Assembly: GCA_043826135.1 (NCBI GenBank)
Contig: JBDRQT010000053.1
Location: forward strand, 4,266 to 68,265
DNA from: an archaeon
GTDB taxonomy: Archaea > Nanobdellota > Nanobdellia > Woesearchaeales > GW2011-AR15
DNA: 64,000 nucleotides
Direction: 5' to 3'
The translations under genes and the position numbers were made by a program. The notes beneath the pieces are model-generated. The model worked only from the letters and a program-made list of their open reading frames with translations. It searched no databases and had not been told where the DNA came from. How positions within the stretch are numbered: position 1 is the stretch's first letter; each line of letters begins with the position of its first letter. Of the stretch, positions 56,356 to 64,000 are shown piece after piece.

Positions 56356-59300
56356 TCATCCCAATCTGACTTTGATTTCCACTTTTTTTCTTGGCTCCTT
56401 GTCAAGAGACAATTTGCTTGTGCCGCCGACACTTACAAGCTTGGTTGCAAGAGGTTCGTATAGGTATCCATAAATCTCTATACCCTTTCTTTTAGGCAGG
56501 CAGTATGGGTTTGATACAAAGTCACCTGTGGTGATGCCGCTAACATCAACATCTCTCAAATAGTCAACTATAAGCAGTGGACTGAACAACATTTCAGGAT
56601 CAATGATATTTAACTCAATGTCAGCCGCAGTTAGCCCAGGTTTATTTATGACATATTTGAGGTTGAGGCAGCTGCCGTCGTCTTCAGGATCTGGAGCAAT
56701 CTTGATTGCGGGGATATTGACATTAAATGTTATTTCCTTTGTCATAGCAATCCTTCCTTTAACATCAATGGTCATGGCATCGCTTGTCTTTTTGGCATTC
56801 TTTACATAGACTGCAGTTTCTAATTCCTGTTTTTCTCCAGACTGCAAGCTGCCAACTTGGAAACTGTTCCTATCTGCTTTCATCCCGCTAGGAAGCTGGA
56901 CATCTATCGTCATTGCTTCGCTCGTGCTGGTCATCTTATTCTCAACTGTAATACTCAGGTCGAACACACCGAAAATATCTACAGCCTGCATTGAAGTCAT
57001 ATCTATCGTGACCCTTTGACTTGCAGAACAATCTGTTTCAACCGTACCATCGCAGTTTTCGTCGACATCATTTCCGCAGATCTCCTGCATCGCTGGACTT
57101 ATGTTATCGTTGTTGTCATTGCAGTCTGTTCCGTAGTGGCAAGAATCTGATTTTAGATAGTAACCATCATCATCGCTGTCGACACAGTCCCATAAACTCT
57201 CACCGCCGTCAGAAGCTGCACAAAGTTGCACTCCGAAATCACAAATTGCTCCGTCAACGCATGAATCCTGTTTCCCAGCACAGTCAACGCATGCGCATCC
57301 TTCCCATGCCTGACAGACACCATTTGGTGGTCCGATGCAACCAGCTTTTACCATATGATCTTCACAAGTGTCATCACAAGTAGCATCTAGGCAAAGAGTT
57401 GTGCCTGGTTGACATGAAGGTGCATTCCTTGGCATTAAACATACCCTGCTCACCCAATCACATATAAGACCTGTCTTACAGCTATCTTTGTTAGCATAGC
57501 AGTCGTCACAAAGGCAACCCTCTCCAAATTCACATATTCCATTTGGTATTCCGCTACATTCTGTCTTTCCTCCACGTGTTGCACATGTTGCATCACATGT
57601 CTTGTCATTGCACATTGTTGTTCCGCTAGTGCAGCCGCAAATCTGGGCACTGTCGCATGCAGCTCCGTTTGTGCAGCTTCCTTGCTTATCAGTGCAGTCT
57701 ATGCAAGCGCAACCTTCTCCGACTTTGCATACGCCATCTGCAGGACCTACACATCCCATATTAGCTGTATCTGTCTTGCTGCAGTCCTGACTGCAGGTTC
57801 CGTCCCTGCAAAGAGTTGTTCCCGGCATGCATGGGCTAAATATCTCCTCGCATTTCTTTGCTGTTGTATTCCATGAACACAAAAAGTTGGTCTTGGACCC
57901 ATAGCATGTATCAAAATGACAGCTTGCTTCGTTATTGTATTTTGAACAATCCATATTCGCTGGACAGTCCACACAAGTGTCACCGGCATTTGTGAATATC
58001 ATCGACATGATATCATATGTGCTTGCAGTGTCCACCAAATAATCTGAACAATCAAATAGACATTCTTCGTAGTCACAGTTTATTTTCATTCCCCACAGGC
58101 TCTCTCCACAAGCAGTACTAGCTGCACATGACAGTGCACATTTAGGGCTTGACCACTGGAAAGGATTCTTGAGCGGTGTTATTTTTCTTTCTGTCAGATA
58201 GATATTGTTCATTGATTTTGATCCTGAATATTCAAGGTCATATGTCAGCATGGCGCTTGATGAGTATATCATGCAATCTACATCATTGTTTGTCCTGCTT
58301 TCAAATGTGAGCTGGGTACCAGTTGATGTCATCACATCAGTAGGCTCAAATCCTATTGTCTTTGCCTTTTGAATACCTCCTGTGACTTTGCCTTTTGCAA
58401 TATGCTCAGTGCCATCCTGTGAATATGCACATACGTAATAATTGCAGTTTGCTTCCCAGATATAGATTCCATTGTAATCGAAATAGGGTTCATCCACAAG
58501 TCCGTCACAGTCATTATCTTTTCCGTCTATTGTGAACTCAGTAGTCTCGGTCTGCACGCATGCGTTGCCGCAGAGTTCTGTCAGATAATTGCATTCAAGA
58601 CCTGATACGCAGCTATCCTGTTTGTTGCTGCAATCCTTGCATGCGCAGCCTTCTCCAAGTTCGCATATCATATTTTCTGTAATGCATCCCTGGTTTGCAG
58701 TATCAGTTACTGCGCAGTTCGCGCTGCATGTATTATCTACACATAATGCTGTTCCTGCTGGGCAGCCGCAAAGTCCATCCACTGAGCATACTGCGCCCTG
58801 TGTACAGCCCCTGTTCTGGCCTGTGCAATCTGAGCAGCCGCATCCCTCATCTGCTCCGCAAACTCCATTTGGCGCACCAACACACCCGAGTCCTGTGCAT
58901 TCTGGACTGCAGGTTCCATCTGCACATTTGCCTGTTCCAGGTGCACAATTTGTAACTTCGCATGAGCAAGTAAGTTTATTGCACTCTCCGCCAGGACAAT
59001 CTGAATCCTGGTTGCATCCACCGCAATCAAGTTTATTGCAGGTTGCATCATAGCTGCAGCCGCATATCACATCTGTGCATTCATCTTTCCTGACATACTG
59101 GACATGGCTTCCTGCATCACTAGAACAATATGTCTCCTGGCAGTTGAACTGAGGATTTTCGCTTACAATGTCGCATGCCTCATCCGAACCAAGTTCTCCG
59201 TCACCGCATCTCGAACAATCTTCTCCCAAATACTCAGCACAAAAGTCCAGGTCTGCCTGATCAAGAACAGGATCCTGGTTTGCATTATACTGATCAGGGT

Positions 59301-60762
59301 TCACACATGAGCCTTCTGTTGCTTTTTCAGCTAGGATACAGCTCTGGATTGCTGCATAGTCATACTCATCCACAGCGCCATTAGTGTTAATATCACATCT
59401 TTCGCAGCCTGATTTGCAAGTTGTCTGCGCAACAACATTCCATTCAAAATTTGTACATGTGGCTGTTAGTCCACCTTGCTTCAAACAATAATTATAACCT
59501 GCAGGTCTGCAAATCAGATTTTCATCTGCGCAGGCATATGAATCAGAGCAGCATGCGCTGTTTTCCATCTGAGTCCCATCGACATTTGTCATGTATGTTA
59601 TGCCAAATCTGGTTTTTGTTTCAAGCGGGATTTCACCAATATCATCTCCGCAGCACAGGCCAATATCATCATCAGGAAACCCATCCTGTCCCAATGTGCA
59701 CTCGTTATTATGATCGATATCGCAATCAAACCACTTCGAAAGTCTCAAATCAACATTATTTATCTTATCACAGGTAGCTGCATTAATATCTGCATCCGCC
59801 CATCCACCTTGCTTTCCGTCAAAAGACATGCACACTTCATATTCATTATCTGCACCATCGGCATAGACACCTGAATTCGTCTTGTTATATTGCCCATTAC
59901 GTTTGACACAGTCTGTTGGGTTTGGCGAGCACTGGGTTATACTGTCATCTGACAGGCAGCTGCTGTCCATGTCCCATTCTGCATAATAAGGAAGGCCTGG
60001 ATTTAAAACATAATCACTCTGCTGTCCATAATAATCATAAATATTACCGTCAACGCTTGACTCAGGATAGACAGGGCAGTAGAAAAAATTTAGATAAGTC
60101 AGGTCCATGTCTCTCTCTACATGGCAATTATATGTATCTTGGTCCAGTGTCTCTTTTATGGTATTTCTGTTCCCATCAATAGTAATCGTGACTCCTGGTT
60201 CCGGGCTGACATCAACTGTATCAGGAATTGTGAATGCATGCCTGAAGGTATAATCTTCCTGAGTATGGCTTGCATCTGTCCATGTGTCGCTCTGACCTGT
60301 TGAATACGCTACTCTTATAGTAATATCTCCGCAATAATGGCTATTTCCTTGGATTGTAAATGACCTGTTGTTCTCAGCAATACAGGGTTTGCTGACTGCA
60401 ACCCCATCTAAAGACGCGGGATTATACATACAAACATGACTCGTACACTCCGGACTAGCCTTGAATTTGCTTCCGCATTTATTAGTGCATGCATTTCCGC
60501 AGCCATTGCTGCCACATTCCCATGAACCTGGGCAGCTGTTATCACATCCACCCTCTTCACCACCACCACCACCACACTGTGGGCCAAAACAGCTAATGCC
60601 ACCATGGTCATTATAATAAGTTCCATAAGAGTGAACCTCGTGGTTTACTACATCTGCCGTTGTACCAGGATAAATTGTTCCTACCACTGAAACATTAAAA
60701 AATCCCATTGATAACAATAATACTAATACTAAACATACTAAAGAAACTACTTGATTTTTCAT
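56356..60762 (-). CDS. giant secreted Cys-rich surface protein (dockerin/EF-hand-like, MopE-like metal motifs, 12-Cys repeats)
   Basis: Signal peptide; DINTNGAVDEYD; DGKDNDCDG and DCNDNNDNISP..QEICGNDVDENCDG; five ~60-aa Cys repeats; Ig-like C-terminus. Confidence 0.85.
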   Translation of the reverse strand: MKNQVVSLVCLVLVLLLSMGFFNVSVVGTIYPGTTADVVNHEVHSYGTYYNDHGGISCFGPQCGGGGGEEGGCDNSCPGSWECGSNGCGNACTNKCGSKFKASPECTSHVCMYNPASLDGVAVSKPCIAENNRSFTIQGNSHYCGDITIRVAYSTGQSDTWTDASHTQEDYTFRHAFTIPDTVDVSPEPGVTITIDGNRNTIKETLDQDTYNCHVERDMDLTYLNFFYCPVYPESSVDGNIYDYYGQQSDYVLNPGLPYYAEWDMDSSCLSDDSITQCSPNPTDCVKRNGQYNKTNSGVYADGADNEYEVCMSFDGKQGGWADADINAATCDKINNVDLRLSKWFDCDIDHNNECTLGQDGFPDDDIGLCCGDDIGEIPLETKTRFGITYMTNVDGTQMENSACCSDSYACADENLICRPAGYNYCLKQGGLTATCTNFEWNVVAQTTCKSGCERCDINTNGAVDEYDYAAIQSCILAEKATEGSCVNPDQYNANQDPVLDQADLDFCAEYLGEDCSRCGDGELGSDEACDIVSENPQFNCQETYCSSDAGSHVQYVRKDECTDVICGCSYDATCNKLDCGGCNQDSDCPGGECNKLTCSCEVTNCAPGTGKCADGTCSPECTGLGCVGAPNGVCGADEGCGCSDCTGQNRGCTQGAVCSVDGLCGCPAGTALCVDNTCSANCAVTDTANQGCITENMICELGEGCACKDCSNKQDSCVSGLECNYLTELCGNACVQTETTEFTIDGKDNDCDGLVDEPYFDYNGIYIWEANCNYYVCAYSQDGTEHIAKGKVTGGIQKAKTIGFEPTDVMTSTGTQLTFESRTNNDVDCMIYSSSAMLTYDLEYSGSKSMNNIYLTERKITPLKNPFQWSSPKCALSCAASTACGESLWGMKINCDYEECLFDCSDYLVDTASTYDIMSMIFTNAGDTCVDCPANMDCSKYNNEASCHFDTCYGSKTNFLCSWNTTAKKCEEIFSPCMPGTTLCRDGTCSQDCSKTDTANMGCVGPADGVCKVGEGCACIDCTDKQGSCTNGAACDSAQICGCTSGTTMCNDKTCDATCATRGGKTECSGIPNGICEFGEGCLCDDCYANKDSCKTGLICDWVSRVCLMPRNAPSCQPGTTLCLDATCDDTCEDHMVKAGCIGPPNGVCQAWEGCACVDCAGKQDSCVDGAICDFGVQLCAASDGGESLWDCVDSDDDGYYLKSDSCHYGTDCNDNNDNISPAMQEICGNDVDENCDGTVETDCSASQRVTIDMTSMQAVDIFGVFDLSITVENKMTSTSEAMTIDVQLPSGMKADRNSFQVGSLQSGEKQELETAVYVKNAKKTSDAMTIDVKGRIAMTKEITFNVNIPAIKIAPDPEDDGSCLNLKYVINKPGLTAADIELNIIDPEMLFSPLLIVDYLRDVDVSGITTGDFVSNPYCLPKRKGIEIYGYLYEPLATKLVSVGGTSKLSLDKEPRKKVEIKVRLG

Positions 60763-60848
60763 CCCACAACCCCTCTTTTAATTTTATAAATGACTTATAA
60801 AAAACTCTTTCTACAGAGTTTATAAAGTTTTCGATTGAAACTCTACCA

Positions 60849-62255
60849 TCATTTTGAAACAATCATACCAAGCCCTGCCTTAAAATATCTCAATAATTCT
60901 GACATTGACCTGATTTGTAATATTGTTTTCAGGATAAATCCGGGCCGCATGTAAAATTTCAGGTACGCTTTTCTTATATATTTGTCAAGCTGCTCATCTG
61001 TCAGGGCGCAATTAATCCTGGGCAGTGATTTCTCATTTTTCTTATCAATTATATATTTTTTCCAATAATCTGCTCCAACTTTTTTTTCGACATCAGCGTA
61101 CAATCCAGTGCCGGGAAGTATACTTAGCCTGCTGAACTGTGCATAATCTAGCGGAAGAGAAAGCGCAAGTTTGATGGTTTTTTTGATTGTCGCTTCAGTT
61201 TCGCCGGGACATCCAAACATAAAATAACCAAAGGCCAGAATTCCCTCTCTCTTTGTCAGATTAATTGCTGATTTTATCTTGGCGATGGTTGTAAATTTCT
61301 TAATATTTTTCAGTATCACTTCATCACCAGATTCTATTCCATAGTATATCCGATAGCATCCTGCTGATTTCATCGATCTCAGCATCTCATAATCTATGGT
61401 ATCAACCCTGGACCTGCAGCTCCAATGAATTTTTAATCTTCTTTTTCTTATTTCACTGCAGATTTCCAGCACCCTTTTTTTGTTCAAAGTAAACAGGGGA
61501 TCAAAGATATCTATCTCTCTGACGCCATATCTAACATAGCATTCTTCCATCTCATCTACGACATTTATTGCGCTTCTGTACCTTATATCTCCTGTCCTCT
61601 GTTCACAGAAATTGCAGCTGAACGTGCAACCTCTGCTGGTTATCATGATTGTGTAGTTCCTGTATTTTGATATGAAAGAATAATACTTATCCATCGGAAG
61701 CAGGTTCCTGGCTGGAAACGCCACTTTATCCAAATCCTTGATTTTCTCTCTTTTGGGAGAAATAATCACATGTTCATTTTTTCTATAGCATATTCCTTTT
61801 ATTCCTGCAAAATCTAGTTTTTTGTCTATTGCATTAACAAGTTCAACTACAGTCTCTTCAGCTTCTCCGATTATCCCAAAATCAATTTCTTTGTTCATCA
61901 GTGTCTCTTTGGGATATAATTCAAGATGAGCGCCGCCAACTATGACCTTTGTTTTGATTGTTTTCTTGAAATATCTTATCACATCCAATGTCTCATGGAA
62001 GAGATAGGTAGTCAAGGTGAACATAATTATTTCAGGTGAAAATTTATTACACAGCCTCTGCATATCCTCAAGTGAATATCCCGAAGCCATTGCATCCAAA
62101 AAAATTAGATCATGCCCTGCTTTTTGAAGTGTGCCTGCCACATATGCCATGCTCATGTTCGGATAGATTCCGTAATTATCAGCGACTGCCTTGATGTTCG
62201 GCTGATTTTTGACAGATACTACCCCAAATGAAGGATAAATCAGTGCTATCTTCAT
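60849..62255 (-). CDS. cobalamin-binding radical SAM protein
   Basis: VGGAH, GEAEET, TSRGCTFSCNFC, YGIESG, FMFGCPGET. Confidence 0.92.
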   Translation of the reverse strand: MKIALIYPSFGVVSVKNQPNIKAVADNYGIYPNMSMAYVAGTLQKAGHDLIFLDAMASGYSLEDMQRLCNKFSPEIIMFTLTTYLFHETLDVIRYFKKTIKTKVIVGGAHLELYPKETLMNKEIDFGIIGEAEETVVELVNAIDKKLDFAGIKGICYRKNEHVIISPKREKIKDLDKVAFPARNLLPMDKYYSFISKYRNYTIMITSRGCTFSCNFCEQRTGDIRYRSAINVVDEMEECYVRYGVREIDIFDPLFTLNKKRVLEICSEIRKRRLKIHWSCRSRVDTIDYEMLRSMKSAGCYRIYYGIESGDEVILKNIKKFTTIAKIKSAINLTKREGILAFGYFMFGCPGETEATIKKTIKLALSLPLDYAQFSRLSILPGTGLYADVEKKVGADYWKKYIIDKKNEKSLPRINCALTDEQLDKYIRKAYLKFYMRPGFILKTILQIRSMSELLRYFKAGLGMIVSK

Positions 62256-62340
62256 GCATAATTAAAATCTATCAGACTTTAATAACATTATGTTGAGTGA
62301 TTTAGAAAAGAATATAAGAGATAAGATATTATAATCTGTT

Positions 62341-64000
62341 GTGGGGGTAAATCATTTTGTTGCTGGTTATGGTTCTCTTTATTCTAAAATTGATTCTCCT
62401 GATTTTGAGCATGGTGATTTTGCTATCTTAGCAAGCAACAAGGCCTTCACTAAGGGAGATATTACTGTATTTCTTTTCGGCAGGATAACTAATATGACTA
62501 GCAGCAGTATCAAATTAATAAATTTCCCGCATCAGGAAGAGTTGATTCTTAGATTATTCAAAGAAGAGGGAACTAAATTCATAACAAGACTAGATGGTTA
62601 TTTTTTGATCATGATAATTGATAAAAAAGAATTGTATGTCTTTAACAACAGATATTCAAATACCCAATGCTATTTCCTCAGGCAAAATAATTCTTTCATA
62701 TTATGTGACTCATACAAGCCATTGCTCAGATTTTTGGATAAAAAAGAGATGAACATGGATGTAATATCGCTATTTCTGAATTCAGGTTATTCCTATTCTG
62801 ATAAAATGCCTTTCAAGGATACTTATAGAATGGTACCTGGCTACTACATGATAATCTCAAAAAATAAATTTGATCAGAAACGATATTCTCAGATGAAATT
62901 TAGCAGGCTGCCTGTCAAAGACATCGATGCTGCACTTGATAAATATGAAGAGCTTTGGACCGATGCAATAAGGGATTTCCAGGCATTTAATGGTACAAAA
63001 AACCTCGGGAGCGCGCTATCCGGCGGTCTTGATACATCATGGGTAGTTTTCATGGCTGCAATGACTAGCAAAAAACCGCTTCATACTTATACCTGTTACT
63101 ATCAATATTCATTGTTCAATGAGCTTAAGGAATCATCCTATGTTACAAAAAAGATAAATGGAATCCATCACAAGATACCTGTTACAGAAAATGACCTAGA
63201 CCTGATCCCAGAGATGATTGATATTGCTGAAGAGCCGGTTCTATCATCATCTTTGTCTCTTTTTAAAATGATCAACACCGCAAGCAGTGATGTTGACACA
63301 CTGCTCACCGGAGATGGAGGAAATAATATATTTCATCATCTTTATCCTGTAAGTGAGATTCATAGATACATCAAAGATTGGCCTTATCTTCTCAGAAAAC
63401 TGTTTTTTCTCTTCATTGACGGCCTGGCAAGATTATCTGGAAATGAAAGATTGTGGGAGGCAAGATACCCTTTGCATGCGTTTTCATATCCGGATTTTTA
63501 TAATAATTTTTACAAGAATTTGACTTGCTACAGGCATTTTGACCCAATGCAAAGGAAAAAACTATTCAGGCCAAATGTCCTAAAAGAATTTGATGAAGCA
63601 AATATGGTTGGCCAGATCCCAATCAGGAAAAAAACTTTTAATGATGACCTTGTGAATGCTAGATTCACATGGGGTAATATGCAGTATGTGACAACATTCC
63701 ATGAAAAATTTGCAAAATCAAAAAACATGAATGTTTTTCCACCATACCAGAATCAGGCTCTGATGGACTTCATTTGTTCTCTGCCCTATGAGCTTCTGTA
63801 TAAAGGGAACACCTTAAAACGCCTAACGAACCGTGTATATAAAATGTATTTCCACAAGATGGCACTGAAACGGCATTTTCCCTCTTCCTTTGTTGACAAG
63901 GTCGGTCAGCCGTTTGACCAACCGTTCCACGGTTGGTTCCAAAGAAGGCCGGTAATTATTGAACTATTGATAGATAGCCTGAAGCGAAGAGGCTGGTATA
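62341..64000 (+). CDS. asparagine synthase-related protein (runs off the window end; absent from ORF track)
   Basis: Hand translation open from GTG 62341 to the window end, with ALSGGLDTS, EEPV and LLTGDGG; no N-terminal Cys. Confidence 0.82.
   Translation, partial: MGVNHFVAGYGSLYSKIDSPDFEHGDFAILASNKAFTKGDITVFLFGRITNMTSSSIKLINFPHQEELILRLFKEEGTKFITRLDGYFLIMIIDKKELYVFNNRYSNTQCYFLRQNNSFILCDSYKPLLRFLDKKEMNMDVISLFLNSGYSYSDKMPFKDTYRMVPGYYMIISKNKFDQKRYSQMKFSRLPVKDIDAALDKYEELWTDAIRDFQAFNGTKNLGSALSGGLDTSWVVFMAAMTSKKPLHTYTCYYQYSLFNELKESSYVTKKINGIHHKIPVTENDLDLIPEMIDIAEEPVLSSSLSLFKMINTASSDVDTLLTGDGGNNIFHHLYPVSEIHRYIKDWPYLLRKLFFLFIDGLARLSGNERLWEARYPLHAFSYPDFYNNFYKNLTCYRHFDPMQRKKLFRPNVLKEFDEANMVGQIPIRKKTFNDDLVNARFTWGNMQYVTTFHEKFAKSKNMNVFPPYQNQALMDFICSLPYELLYKGNTLKRLTNRVYKMYFHKMALKRHFPSSFVDKVGQPFDQPFHGWFQRRPVIIELLIDSLKRRGWY

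Noticed and set aside
58589..59053. 154-aa + strand His/Gln/Pro-rich ORF and neighbouring short ORFs
   Set aside because: Antisense artefacts of the Cys-rich repeat codons
1..64000. CRISPR array, rRNA, transposase or integrase
   Set aside because: No regularly spaced 25-40 bp repeats, rRNA-like sequence or recombinase motifs seen. The repeats at 38040-38250 are short and irregularly spaced.

Overview
Gene-dense, AT-rich archaeal chromosome segment. It carries an archaeal histone, aIF2-alpha, Nop10, S27e, L10e, an intron-containing tRNA-Met and GGTGA/GGAGG ribosome-binding sites. Bacterial-type Lgt, TpiA, PurA and PurB, class III signal-peptide proteins and a giant Cys-rich surface protein suggest a DPANN (Woesearchaeota-like) organism; this is inference. 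The main discovery candidate is a six-gene minus-strand operon (5887-14451) between a histone gene and the S27e-aIF2a-Nop10 cluster, which reads as a ubiquitin-like conjugation system. In order it encodes: a TRAM-like/helical/putative beta-grasp protein ending PPAGG-LA; a putative E2-like protein (YPF..PP, FC); a JAB/JAMM peptidase; an E1 with tandem degenerate and intact ThiF domains plus a candidate catalytic Cys; and two unknown proteins (286 and ~946 aa). Other notable signals are a candidate replication origin (two ORB-like boxes and six TGAGAC repeats, 38040-38280) with no cdc6 nearby, a purA with no canonical start codon, a tRNA-Met with a U53-A61 pair and a C/D-box-like intron, a cluster of PRTase-fold genes, a kinase-like orphan, and several small proteins missed by the ORF track. 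All calls come from motif reading by eye; no database searches were run.
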